Of a stretch of DNA of 57,362 nt, positions 47,910 through 57,362 are shown one piece after another. The stretch lies in sequence record SRR31156797_3941; one strand, given 5' to 3'. The notes under the pieces are model-generated. The model did not search any database, was not told the origin of the DNA, and saw only the letters and a list, made by a program, of their open reading frames with translations. The position numbers and the translations under genes were made by a program. How positions within the stretch are numbered: the first letter of the stretch is position 1; every line of letters starts with the position of its first letter.

Positions 47910-50222
47910 GTGTTTATGTTTGATAAAAAAAAGAAAAGGGCCATTCGCTCCATACTTTGGTTCGCGCTTGTTCCGATATTGTTTTTATCGGTAATGGGCA
48001 GTGTCTGGCTTGGATCGAGATACTATGTAATAAATAAGGCTGAAAACGATATTCAGACGATGCTGCTCCAACACAAGGGAGTTCATCACTATGTTCAACG
48101 TTTAGCCCATCCTGAGCTTTACGCCCTGAAGCGTGATCGTAAAATATCTGAATCTTTGTATACTCCGATCCTTTTCTCGTCATCTTACATGGTGAGAAAT
48201 ACTCATGATTTTTATAATGAAGAAAGAAAAAAACTTGGGCTTTCAGAGCTTTATTATAAAATGGCAGCTGAAAATCCAAGAAACCCAATAAATAAAGCTG
48301 ACGAGTTTGAATCAGATTTGATTCGAATGTTTAACAAAAAAGATGCGCCTAAAAGCTTCAGAAAGCTGGTGGAGAAAAATGGAACCAAATACCTCTATGT
48401 TGCAATCCCTTTTTTGCCAAATGAACAACGTTGTCTGAAGTGCCATGGGAGATACGAGGAAGCTCCAGCTCAACTGCAGGAAAGTTACTTAGAAAAAGGG
48501 GGGTTTGATGAAAAAGTTGGCTATATCCGTGCAATAGAGTCTTTAAGAGCACCCCTTGATGGTGAGCTAACTATTGCTTACATTGCTCTTATCTCTGTAT
48601 CCGTTGTGTGCGGCGTTATTTTTTTGCTTCTTCTGGTAAACCGTCGACTAGACTCCCTGGTAATAGAACGCACCCAGCTTATTGAGGAACAGGCTTCAGC
48701 GCTCAAGGAAAGCGAGGAAAACCTTGCTATTACTCTTAATTCCATCGGAGATGCTGTTATAGCTACCGATGAATATTGTAATATTACGTTAATGAATCCA
48801 GTTGCTGAAGAATTGACCGGTTATTCCTTTGCTTCCGCAAAAGGAAAACACTTGCAAACTGTTTTTAATATTGCCAATTCGAAGAATGTTGAGACAGTTG
48901 ATAATCCTGCCCAACACATACTGGACACAGGAAAGCCTGTTGAGTTCCAGGACAACTTACTTGTAGCCCAAAATGGTACTGAGCGGGTCGTCTCCAACAG
49001 TGGTGCTCCTATTCATAATGCTGAGGGTATTATTGTCGGTATGGTGCTGGTGTTTAAAGATGTCACCCGGGAAAAACAGGTAGAAGAACATCTGCGTCAA
49101 GCAGAGAAAATGACAGCTGTAGGGCAGTTGGCCGGTGGGGTCGCCCATGATTTCAACAACATGCTTGGGGGTATTTCTGGGGCGGCTGAGTTGCTTGAAA
49201 TGACGGTTTCCAACAATCCGCAGGCAATGAAATACATCGATATGATTAAAAATGCCACGGAGCGCACCTCTGGCTTAACACATAAATTATTGGCATTCAG
49301 TAGAAAGGGGAAATTAGTTTCTACACCAGTTGATGTCCACACCATTATAATGGATGCTGTTTCTATTCTTGAACGGAGCATTGACAAAAGGATCACTATC
49401 ACGACAAATCTTAAGGCTGAGTTGTCAATGGTTGTTGGCGATCCCTCCCAACTGCAAAACGGGTTTCTCAACCTTTTTGTTAACGCTAGAGATGCTATGC
49501 CCGAAGGGGGAGAGCTGTTCATTGCAACTGTTAACACCTTCTTTGATGAGGATTATTGCCTGGTAGACTCTACTCTTTTTGGTAACACCTTTATCCATAT
49601 TTCAGTTCAGGATACAGGGAGCGGCATTCCTGCAGAAGTTCAATCGCATATTTTTGAACCATTTTTTACTACCAAAGAGATCGGTAAAGGAACCGGTCTT
49701 GGACTTGCTGCTGTCTACGGTATGATTCAGGAGCATCATGGCAATATCCGTTTGTACAGTGAGCCAGAAAAAGGAACGGTATTTAATATTTACCTTCCCG
49801 TGTCATCAGAAAACTCATCACTGAAAAGCCAGGAAAAGGAACAGAAGCATTATGGTAATGGTACCATCTTGTTAATTGATGATGAGGAGATTATCAGAAC
49901 AACAGGAGCCCAATTGCTGGTGCACCTGGGGTATAATGTCATGCTCGCAGAAAATGGTGCTAAAGGCGTTGCTGCTTACCAGGAAAACATAGATAAAATA
50001 GATCTCGTTATTATTGATATTGTTATGCCTGTCATGAATGGCAAGGAAGCATTTGATCGCATAGTAAGCCTTGACCCCAAGGCGAAAGTGATAATGTCTT
50101 CTGGGTTTGCCAGGGATATTAAAATGGCTGATATGGAGAAAAAAGGATTAAGCGGGTTTATAATGAAGCCCTTCAATCAGTTCCAACTCAGCAAGCTTGT
50201 TGCAGAAGTAATAGAATTATGA
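47910..50222 (+). CDS. Hybrid sensor histidine kinase: c-type heme DUF3365-like periplasmic domain, PAS, HisKA/HATPase, receiver
   Basis: TM helix, NPRNPINKADEFE, CLKCH, second TM, PAS, AHDFNNML, GTGLGL and receiver LIDDE..DIVMP..KPF. Start is 47910 or 47916. Confidence 0.9.
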   Translation: MFMFDKKKKRAIRSILWFALVPILFLSVMGSVWLGSRYYVINKAENDIQTMLLQHKGVHHYVQRLAHPELYALKRDRKISESLYTPILFSSSYMVRNTHDFYNEERKKLGLSELYYKMAAENPRNPINKADEFESDLIRMFNKKDAPKSFRKLVEKNGTKYLYVAIPFLPNEQRCLKCHGRYEEAPAQLQESYLEKGGFDEKVGYIRAIESLRAPLDGELTIAYIALISVSVVCGVIFLLLLVNRRLDSLVIERTQLIEEQASALKESEENLAITLNSIGDAVIATDEYCNITLMNPVAEELTGYSFASAKGKHLQTVFNIANSKNVETVDNPAQHILDTGKPVEFQDNLLVAQNGTERVVSNSGAPIHNAEGIIVGMVLVFKDVTREKQVEEHLRQAEKMTAVGQLAGGVAHDFNNMLGGISGAAELLEMTVSNNPQAMKYIDMIKNATERTSGLTHKLLAFSRKGKLVSTPVDVHTIIMDAVSILERSIDKRITITTNLKAELSMVVGDPSQLQNGFLNLFVNARDAMPEGGELFIATVNTFFDEDYCLVDSTLFGNTFIHISVQDTGSGIPAEVQSHIFEPFFTTKEIGKGTGLGLAAVYGMIQEHHGNIRLYSEPEKGTVFNIYLPVSSENSSLKSQEKEQKHYGNGTILLIDDEEIIRTTGAQLLVHLGYNVMLAENGAKGVAAYQENIDKIDLVIIDIVMPVMNGKEAFDRIVSLDPKAKVIMSSGFARDIKMADMEKKGLSGFIMKPFNQFQLSKLVAEVIEL

Positions 50223-50235
50223 ATCTCTTTTCGAT

Positions 50236-51394
50236 TTGTTGGATTATATAATGATCGAAACTGCCGTTAATTGGAAACAGGTAGCTGAACGCGAAACCCA
50301 ACTAAAGCTTAATGCTCAAGCAGGACTTGAGGAAATGCGGCGTTTTTTGTTCGATTATTTTTATCTCTTAGGGCCTGATCCCAAAGCAAACATGTCGATA
50401 GTCGTGGATACACTTGGCAAGGTTCTTGGCTCAACTGTTGCTCTTTATAATCGTATGGATTCCGGCGTGCTTAAAACGTGGTGCATAGACCATGAGCCAG
50501 ATGGGCTTCGGCGGGAAGATTCACCAGATGGTCATATTTGTTATGACATGACCATACGTCAGCGAGACCGCTCCAATATAGCACCTGTAGTGCTAAACGA
50601 TCTCGAAGGTTCAGTGGGAAAAGCTTGATACAAATGTGGCTGAATACGGGCTGAAATTGTATTTGGGTTTTCCTATTCTGGTTGAAGAGGAAGTGGTCGG
50701 TTCACTATGCGTAGTAGATACAGAGAAACGGACTTTTACAGAAGTTGAAATTTACTTCATCGAGGCATTTGCCTCGGCTATTCGCCTTGAAGAAGAACGT
50801 CTCTTACCCCAGACCCGTTTGGCGTCCGCCAATGAGACCCTCAAAATTAAAAATGAGGCAATTGAAACACTTGCTCTTACAGATCAATTGACGGGGTTGC
50901 CCAACCGGCGAGCAATTATTCAAAACATAAAGGATACTCTTGCAATACTGCACCGAAGGTTATTTCGTGCTGAGAAAGCACAAGGGTTAAAGGGCTTTTC
51001 TCTAGCTTTGTGCGATATCGATCATTTTAAAGTAATAAACGATACGTATGGGCACAACCGTGGCGATGAGGTATTGAAAGCAGTGGCAAAAAAATTGTCC
51101 AGCCTTTTACGTGCTAAAGATGCGGTAGCGCGGTGGGGTGGAGAGGAGTTTCTCATAATCTTTCCTGAAACGGATATGACGACTACCGTGGCTATTGCCG
51201 AGCGGTTACGGAAAGCTATTTCAGAAATCCCTTTCTCACATAACGGGCAAACATTTCGAGTCACCTTAACACTGGGCGTCACAACCTGCGACACAGCAGA
51301 CATGGATTTGGATGCTTGTGTCCATTTTGCTGACATGGCTCTTTATGCGGGAAAAGAAAAAGGGCGCAACTGTGTTATGTCGACAATAGATTAA
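50236..51394 (+). pseudogene. GAF-GGDEF diguanylate cyclase split by a frameshift near 50614
   Basis: First frame ends ..LNDLEGS; the +1 frame continues WEKLDTNVAEYGLKLYLGFPI (GAF), then TDQLTGLPNRR, DIDHFK..ND.YGH and RWGGEEF. Confidence 0.75.
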
Positions 51395-51453
51395 AAGGAT
51401 TTTCCGAGATTGGAGTATTGTTATAACAACATCTACGTACTCCTCAGTCAGAA

Positions 51454-51484
51454 GCCGCGTTATTTTCTCACACAATAACGCGGC
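51454..51484. terminator. Hairpin between the convergent GGDEF gene and thiC, probable terminator
   Basis: Perfect 11-bp stem GCCGCGTTATT...AATAACGCGGC. Confidence 0.6.
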
Positions 51485-51504
51485 CTTCTCATCCGGCTGC
51501 AACC

Positions 51505-52803
51505 TCAAACTTTTTCCAGTATCTCACGACTTCGTTTTACAGCACAAAGATCGCCGCACATGGTGCACACATCCTTGTCGATAGGTTGGGAAGAAGCACG
51601 GTAAGCACGAGCCTTTTCAGGATCAATGGCGAGATCAAACATCTTTTCCCAGTCCAGTTCTTTGCGAGCATGGCTCATCTTGTTATCCCAGTCAATGGCA
51701 TTGGGAATACCTTTGGCTACGTCTGCTGCATGAGCAGCAATACGGGTGGCAATAATTCCCTGCTTCATGTCGTCTTCATCCGGCAGGCGAAGGTGTTCTG
51801 CGGGGGTGACATAGCAGAGAAAATCAGCACCAGATGCGGCTGCCAGTGCGCCACCAATTGCAGAGGTGATATGGTCATAGCCGGGCGCAACATCCGTAAC
51901 AATGGGTCCAAGCACGTAAAATGGTGCTCCATGACAAAGTTTCTTCTCTATCTGCATATTTGAAACCACCTCGTTGAGCGGCACATGGCCCGGTCCTTCG
52001 ATCATGACCTGAACGTCGGCCTCCCAGGATCGTTTGGTCAGCTCACCCAGTACAATCAACTCTTGGATCTGAGCAGCATCAGTGGCATCGTTCAAGCTGC
52101 CCGGGCGCAGTCCGTCACCAAGGCTAAGTGTCACATCGTACTGTCTACACATTTCAAGCAAGCGATCATAATGCTCAAAAAAGGGATTCTCAGCATCATT
52201 GACATCCATCCAGTGGAGCAGTAGTGAGCCGCCACGGCTGACTACGTGAGTGAGGCGAGGGTTGTTTTTCAGTCGCTCGACAGCAGTGCGGTTCAGTCCG
52301 GCATGGATGGTTAAAAAATCGACTCCGTCTTCCGCATGCATTTTGACAACATTAAAAAAATCATCAACTGTGATAGCTCCAACATTTTTACCATAGCGGG
52401 CAACGGCATCATATACCGGTACAGTACCAATCATAGCTGGACAAACTTCCACAGTTCTTTTGCGAAAGGTCTGGGTATCGCCAAAGGTACTTAAATCCAT
52501 AATGGCATCTGCCTTGAGTTCCACCGAACGACGAACCTTCGTAAGCTCTTTCTCTACGTTGCAGCAGTCCTCGGATACACCAAGATTAACGTTAACCTTA
52601 GTCCGTAGGCCACTGCCAATACCACAGCCAACGAGGTTGGTATGATTCACATTTGCGGGTATGACAATATGGCCGTTGGCTATTTTGGTTAAAAGATCAG
52701 TTTCTGCTATGACTTCACTTGCAAGCACGTCCTGCATCTGTTTGGTGACAATGCCCTGCCGTGCTGCGTCCATCTGGGTTGTATATGTGGTCACTTTATT
52801 CAC
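51505..52803 (-). CDS. thiC: Phosphomethylpyrimidine synthase
   Basis: [48 protein letters not shown] and CTMCGDLC. Confidence 0.97.
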   Translation of the reverse strand: MNKVTTYTTQMDAARQGIVTKQMQDVLASEVIAETDLLTKIANGHIVIPANVNHTNLVGCGIGSGLRTKVNVNLGVSEDCCNVEKELTKVRRSVELKADAIMDLSTFGDTQTFRKRTVEVCPAMIGTVPVYDAVARYGKNVGAITVDDFFNVVKMHAEDGVDFLTIHAGLNRTAVERLKNNPRLTHVVSRGGSLLLHWMDVNDAENPFFEHYDRLLEMCRQYDVTLSLGDGLRPGSLNDATDAAQIQELIVLGELTKRSWEADVQVMIEGPGHVPLNEVVSNMQIEKKLCHGAPFYVLGPIVTDVAPGYDHITSAIGGALAAASGADFLCYVTPAEHLRLPDEDDMKQGIIATRIAAHAADVAKGIPNAIDWDNKMSHARKELDWEKMFDLAIDPEKARAYRASSQPIDKDVCTMCGDLCAVKRSREILEKV

Positions 52804-52854
52804 TCCGAAAGATGTATATTTTTCGTTATTGATAAATGATTAAGGATAAAAAGA

Positions 52855-53493
52855 CTAAAAGATGTTGTTCAAGTTTTTCACCGCCTGGGCAATATCATCT
52901 GCGCCGACAATCTCTGAGACAAGGCAGATTGACTGTGCACCACGCTTTACCACCTCATCAATGTTGTGCTGCTTAATGCCGCCGATTGCGACACATGGGA
53001 TGATGGCATTTTTCACTGCATATTCAAGGTAATCGAAACCTACCGCAGCACAGGCATTTTCCTTGGTTTTAGTGGCGTAAATAGGACCGACACCTATATA
53101 GTCTGCCCCGACTTCCTGTGCCTGTTGCAACTGCTCAGGCGAATGGGTCGACAGCCCGATGATCTTATCTGGCCCAAGCAGGTGACGAACCGCATAGACT
53201 GGTAAATCTTCTTGGCCTACGTGGACGCCGTCGGCATCGACAAGGAGGGCGATATCGACAAAATCGTTGATGATAAAAGTGACCCCATGCTCTCTTGTAA
53301 TATCTCTGATTGCCTGGCATTCAGCTAAAATGTCACAATAGTCTTTCTGGTGTCTTTTTTCTCGGTACTGTATGACCTTGATACCGCCTTTGATCATTTC
53401 TTCTACGACATGGATATTTGAGCGGCCGCAGGAAAATTTTTCAGAGGTGATACCGTAAATCCCAAGTGGTAGAGTTGTGGTATTACATATCAT
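52855..53493 (-). CDS. thiE: Thiamine-phosphate synthase
   Basis: QYREK, INDFVDIA..DADGVHVGQED, GLSTH, GPIYATKTK and AIGGI. Start is 53493 or 53505. Confidence 0.95.
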   Translation of the reverse strand: MICNTTTLPLGIYGITSEKFSCGRSNIHVVEEMIKGGIKVIQYREKRHQKDYCDILAECQAIRDITREHGVTFIINDFVDIALLVDADGVHVGQEDLPVYAVRHLLGPDKIIGLSTHSPEQLQQAQEVGADYIGVGPIYATKTKENACAAVGFDYLEYAVKNAIIPCVAIGGIKQHNIDEVVKRGAQSICLVSEIVGADDIAQAVKNLNNIF

Positions 53494-54022
53494 TATCTTT
53501 TCCAAAGTTAAGAAGAACCGCTGTCATGCGAGCAGCCACCGTCACAACCTTATGGGCATATAGCGCTGCGTGACAACAGTCAGTGGTAAAATCACCTATA
53601 ACATGAGTGTTGCCGATTTTTTTAACGTAGATGGTTTCAATATCGCTGCCGGCAATCCCGCTTGCAGAAACAACCAACCGTTTGTTTTGGCTAAAATGCT
53701 CGATCACCATTTTTTTATCTGCCTGTTTGTCAAGGCCTTCGACAATGGTGTCACAGTTAAGAAAAAGCTGGTTAATATTATCAGATGTAATGTGCTCGGT
53801 GCTGACTTCAATTTTGATATCAGGATTAATACGTTCCAGGTTGTAGCGCAGCATCTTCACCTTTAGTCTTCCAACCTGATCGGCAAAATAGAACTGTCGG
53901 TCCAGGTTCGAAGATTCAACACGATCAAAATCAATAATCTTAAATGCAGTGATGCCGCTACGAACAAGGTTTACCGCAACATTAGAGCCAACCCCGCCGG
54001 CACCGGCTATTCCTATCTTCAT
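53483..54022 (-). CDS. thiF: Sulfur carrier protein ThiS adenylyltransferase (short ThiF type)
   Basis: GIAGAGGVGS and DFDRVESSNLDRQ; TAATG coupling to thiH. Confidence 0.9.
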   Translation of the reverse strand: MKIGIAGAGGVGSNVAVNLVRSGITAFKIIDFDRVESSNLDRQFYFADQVGRLKVKMLRYNLERINPDIKIEVSTEHITSDNINQLFLNCDTIVEGLDKQADKKMVIEHFSQNKRLVVSASGIAGSDIETIYVKKIGNTHVIGDFTTDCCHAALYAHKVVTVAARMTAVLLNFGKDNDM

Positions 54023-55128
54023 TAAATTTGGTCCCAATCCTTATACACAGGTTGATAACCATGGGTAGTTATAGCATCTGCCACCTGGCATACACTACGA
54101 GTGTCTGTAATCTCAAATTGAGGAGTATCTGTTTCTTCGTTTTCCGAGTAACCTCCGACACTGGTACATACTCCTGCGGAGAGGCGGGTTGCGCCAAGAT
54201 GTATCAGGTTATCGCGCATCATTTGATTTTCCCTGGTGGAAACAGTGATGCCGGCACGCGGCTGAAAAAGTCTTAAAGCCATTAAAAATTGAACAAAGGT
54301 TCTGTCATCCACAGGATATTGAGGAGAGAAATCACAATCAGCTTCGTTAAAGCGGGGCAGGGAGACGGAAATTTCAGTATCGAGGTAGGTATCATCCAGG
54401 TACGCTGCGTGCAAACCAGTAAAGAAAAATTCACTCCGTTTTTCGCCTAAACCCAGCAAAGCACCAATATTGACAGATCTGAAACCAGCTTTTGCTCCAC
54501 GTTCAGGCCCATCAAGCCTGAAAAAGTAATCTTTCTTTTTGCCTGCCACATGGACCTCAGCATAGACCTTTTGATCATACGCTTCCTGGAAAAGGGTTAA
54601 TCCATCAACACCTGCCTTTTTCAACTGCCTGTATTCATCCACGTTCATGGGGAAAATTTCAATTGAAACCGACGCGAAGTATTTTTTGAGACAGGTAACT
54701 GCTTCAACCAAGTAATCTATCGGAGTCGCTTGTTTTGATTCACCGGTTAGCACCAGCAAATGTTGGAGCCCTGTCGCAGCAATTGACTGGGCCTCTTTCT
54801 CTATTTCGTGAAGAGACAGCTTGCGACGGACAATATGATTAGCTTTGTTAAAACCGCAATAAATGCAATGGTTAGAGCAAAAATTTGAGATGTAAAGCGG
54901 GGTGAAAAGTTGAATAGTTTTACCGAAGTACTGCACAGTAAGGCGTTGGGCCTTGTGAGCTATTAATTCTAAATGTTCAGCAGCTTTTGGGCTAAGCAGG
55001 GTAAGAAAATCCATGGGCTGGATTGTGTCCTTGGCAACAATACGCTCAATATCATTATCCGTGACCTGCTCAAAAAAATCTGGAAAAGAGAAACCTTTGT
55101 ACTGCTCAACTATTTGAGAGAAGGACAT
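54022..55128 (-). CDS. thiH: 2-iminoacetate synthase (radical SAM)
   Basis: PLYISNFCSNHCIYCGF, FQEAY, STRE and YQPVYKDWD; RBS AGGAG. Confidence 0.95.
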   Translation of the reverse strand: MSFSQIVEQYKGFSFPDFFEQVTDNDIERIVAKDTIQPMDFLTLLSPKAAEHLELIAHKAQRLTVQYFGKTIQLFTPLYISNFCSNHCIYCGFNKANHIVRRKLSLHEIEKEAQSIAATGLQHLLVLTGESKQATPIDYLVEAVTCLKKYFASVSIEIFPMNVDEYRQLKKAGVDGLTLFQEAYDQKVYAEVHVAGKKKDYFFRLDGPERGAKAGFRSVNIGALLGLGEKRSEFFFTGLHAAYLDDTYLDTEISVSLPRFNEADCDFSPQYPVDDRTFVQFLMALRLFQPRAGITVSTRENQMMRDNLIHLGATRLSAGVCTSVGGYSENEETDTPQFEITDTRSVCQVADAITTHGYQPVYKDWDQI

Positions 55129-55178
55129 GTTCCACTCCTGTATTAAGGTCAATAGCAAATAGTAAAAGTGCCCTCAGG

Positions 55179-55949
55179 TTAGTTCAGAAAACCTGTTAAC
55201 GGTGAGGATGCCCGGGCAGCAGTGCTCATTTCCTGGGCCTCTGCCAGGTAAGCAGCTCGCCCTGCTCGTACTGCCAAGTTAAAAGCGCTGCCCATAGTCT
55301 CGGGGTCTTTTGCGGTAGCAATAGCAGTATTAACAAGCACAGCGTCAGCGCCCATCTCCATTGCTGCTGCAGCTTGAGAAGGTTGGCCTATCCCGGCATC
55401 AATCACCACCGGTATGGAGCAGTTTTCAATCAGCATCGCGAGCAGCGGTTTTGTCTCCAGTCCTCGATTGGTACCGATCGGAGACCCAAGCGGCATAACT
55501 GCGGCAGCCCCTGCAGACTCAAGCCTTTTGGCAAGCGGTAAGTCTGGCAGCACATAAGGCAGCACCACAAAACCTTCTTTAGCCAGTGTTTCCGTAGCGT
55601 TGAGTGTCTCATAGTTATCTGGCATCAGGTATTTAGAGTCGGTGATCACCTCAATTTTGATAAAATTTCCGCAACCTGCCTCCCTGGCAATGCGTGCCAC
55701 TCGTACTGCTTCTTTTGCTGTGCGTGCACCGGATGTGTTGGGGAGCAGAGTGACGTTATCGGGTATAAAATCAAGGATGTTTTCAGTTTTTGACCCAATA
55801 TCAATACGCCTCAAGGCAACGGTGATCATCTGGGAACCGCTTGCTTTAAGCATTTTTGGGATTTGGGTATTTGCAGCAAATTTTCCGGTTCCGGTAAAAA
55901 GACGGTTGGTAAAGGTTAGGTTGCCGAGTTTCAGGCCTTGATCCACCAT
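55179..55949 (-). CDS. thiG: Thiazole synthase
   Basis: [37 protein letters not shown] and ASSP. Confidence 0.97.
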   Translation of the reverse strand: MVDQGLKLGNLTFTNRLFTGTGKFAANTQIPKMLKASGSQMITVALRRIDIGSKTENILDFIPDNVTLLPNTSGARTAKEAVRVARIAREAGCGNFIKIEVITDSKYLMPDNYETLNATETLAKEGFVVLPYVLPDLPLAKRLESAGAAAVMPLGSPIGTNRGLETKPLLAMLIENCSIPVVIDAGIGQPSQAAAAMEMGADAVLVNTAIATAKDPETMGSAFNLAVRAGRAAYLAEAQEMSTAARASSPLTGFLN

Positions 55950-55952
55950 GAT

Positions 55953-56150
55953 TCATCCCCCACCGACGAAATTAAGCAGCTCCAGGCCATCTCCGTCTCG
56001 AAGAATTGTCCCTGCCCATTGTTCCTGTCGAATTATTTGTTCATTGTGCTCAACAACCAATGAATTAAAATCAAGTTCGAGTTCCTGCACCAATTCAGCA
56101 ATAGTGGAGGCATTGCTTGTTTCAATTGTTCCGTTGATGCTAAGCTGCAT
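55953..56150 (-). CDS. thiS: Sulfur carrier protein ThiS
   Basis: 65-aa ubiquitin-like protein ending in FVGGG; first gene of the operon. Confidence 0.95.
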   Translation of the reverse strand: MQLSINGTIETSNASTIAELVQELELDFNSLVVEHNEQIIRQEQWAGTILRDGDGLELLNFVGGG

Positions 56151-56160
56151 AATTGCCCCT

Positions 56161-56200
56161 AAAATAAAAAAGCCACTTACCCAATTAGGGCAAGTGGCTA
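56161..56200 (-). terminator. Riboswitch-controlled intrinsic terminator (attenuator)
   Basis: Minus strand TAGCCACTTGCCC-TAATT-GGGTAAGTGGCT followed by a U-tract, directly before the thiS RBS. Confidence 0.85.
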
Positions 56201-56245
56201 GAAAGTCTCAAAAAATATAAATAGAATTTTGAAAATTCGTTATTA

Positions 56246-56328
56246 GCCGCTTCCCTTCGCCGGTATTATCCGGATCAGGTTGTAAGGGTTGGATAGATTC
56301 CTCTCAGCAGAGACAGCACCCCTAGCGA
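56246..56328 (-). ncRNA. TPP riboswitch aptamer (THI element)
   Basis: Minus strand CTAGGGGTGC...GCTGAGA...ACCCTTACAACCTGATCCGGATAATACCGGCGAAGGGAAG, upstream of thiS. Confidence 0.96.
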
Positions 56329-56335
56329 TGTTTCT

Positions 56336-56364
56336 TGTATAAAGGAGCATTTTGGTTTTGTCAA
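56336..56364 (-). promoter_or_regulatory. Putative sigma-70 promoter of the thi operon leader
   Basis: TTGACA-17 nt-TATACA, which places +1 at the riboswitch 5' end. Confidence 0.55.
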
Positions 56365-56676
56365 CAAGATAATATAATGTGAGCAAGATCGGATCCCTAC
56401 GAATCAAATTAATTTAAAACGACCTTTTTTCAGTATTTTGAAATCAATACTTTATATTTTGATTTAACAATTGATGACGAGCGCATCAGTGAGTATCGGC
56501 AAAAAGCATGCGAAAAAGATGTACGCCACCAACAAAAGGTAATGGAAAGGCATTATTACAACGGTAAGAGAATATGTGGTAATAGGACACCATGAGAGGT
56601 GAGAAAAAGTTAGTCCTCCAATTGTCAAGAAGTGTAAATAAAACGCCAATGCTCTAATTATAAAAATGGATCAACA

Positions 56677-57348
56677 TTGATACAAAACAAATACAATGCA
56701 ACCCCTTGCCCTCTGTGCAGCAGTAAAATCTGCAAACCTTTTTTCCAAGATACGAAAAGGAAATACTTGCGTTGTTCACACTGTGAACTCGTTTTTGTTC
56801 CTCAAGTTTACTGGCTTAACTCCATAGATGAAAAAGCAATTTATGATTTGCATCAGAATTCTCCACATGATGAAGGGTATAGGAACTTTCTATCCAGACT
56901 CACCTACCCGTTGTTAAACAAACTGAGCTCAAAACAAAAGGGTTTGGATTTTGGTTGCGGACCAGGGCCAACTCTTTCGTCCATTTTGGAAGAGAAGGGC
57001 CACAAGGTCGATTTATATGACCCATTTTACTACGATGATCCTTCAGTTTTTTCAAAACATTACGATTTTATATGTGCCACAGAAGTGGTGGAGCATCTGC
57101 ACAATCCATGCGCATCGTTTACTTCGTTATTTCAAATGCTCAAAGAGCACGGCTGGTTGGGTATTATGACCAAAATGGTGATCGACAAGCAGTCTTTCGA
57201 GACTTGGCATTATATCCGCGACATGACACATATTTGTTTCTACAACCGCACTTCATTCGAATACATTGCGAAATGTTTTAATGCAAAAGTTACCTTTTTT
57301 GGTGATGATGTAATCTTGTTGCATAAAATAAAATCATCTAAAAAATGA
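56677..57348 (+). CDS. Class I SAM-dependent methyltransferase with N-terminal Zn ribbon
   Basis: CPLC...CSHC, GLDFGCGPGP, EVVEHL and WHYIRDMTHICFY; TTG start. Confidence 0.88.
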   Translation: MIQNKYNATPCPLCSSKICKPFFQDTKRKYLRCSHCELVFVPQVYWLNSIDEKAIYDLHQNSPHDEGYRNFLSRLTYPLLNKLSSKQKGLDFGCGPGPTLSSILEEKGHKVDLYDPFYYDDPSVFSKHYDFICATEVVEHLHNPCASFTSLFQMLKEHGWLGIMTKMVIDKQSFETWHYIRDMTHICFYNRTSFEYIAKCFNAKVTFFGDDVILLHKIKSSKK

Positions 57349-57362
57349 AATTTTATTATAAC

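Noticed and set aside
50626-50628. TGA in the GAF-GGDEF gene as a second Sec codon
   Set aside because: The continuation is in a different frame, there is no SECIS, and the position is not Cys-like.
56464-56649. 61-aa minus-strand ORF between the thi leader and the methyltransferase
   Set aside because: It has no recognisable motif or RBS and is probably spurious.
1-57362. The many short ORFs antisense to or nested in long genes; also rRNA, tRNA, CRISPR arrays and intact transposases
   Set aside because: The short ORFs are shadows of well-supported genes. No repeat-spacer array, tRNA cloverleaf, rRNA or transposase ORF was recognised by eye.

Overview
A gene-dense chromosomal segment. Gene content and protein style suggest an anaerobic Desulfobacterota organism, probably Desulfobulbales/Desulfocapsaceae (inference). 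Most genes are housekeeping: engB, lepA, an RpoH-type sigma factor, greA, a fused purD-purE, tsaC, hrpA, galU, priA, rlmH, tsaE, waaF, gmhB, lemA with two TPM genes, coaX, an atypical topoisomerase IV pair, msrA, and a TPP-riboswitch-controlled thiSGHFEC operon. The best hidden feature is that ORFs 11580-12206 and 10833-11576 are one reading frame. An in-frame TGA sits in the rhodanese catalytic loop (YCGGPT-U-GMS) and is followed by a SECIS-like GGUCU hairpin, which predicts an exported three-rhodanese-domain selenolipoprotein. Other unusual elements are a membrane Cache-PAS-PAS-CBS-DUF294 nucleotidyltransferase receptor, a stand-alone YcaO-TPR enzyme, and a ZraP/ZraS-like module with a readable sigma-54 promoter and enhancer but no adjacent regulator. 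There is also a FadR-type autoregulatory operator, a decayed accessory region at about 33.7-36.2 kb (repeats, an attC-like relic, a pseudogene), MITE-like elements and a frameshifted GAF-GGDEF gene. No rRNA, tRNA or CRISPR array was seen. All family calls come from motif recognition by eye; no database searches were run.
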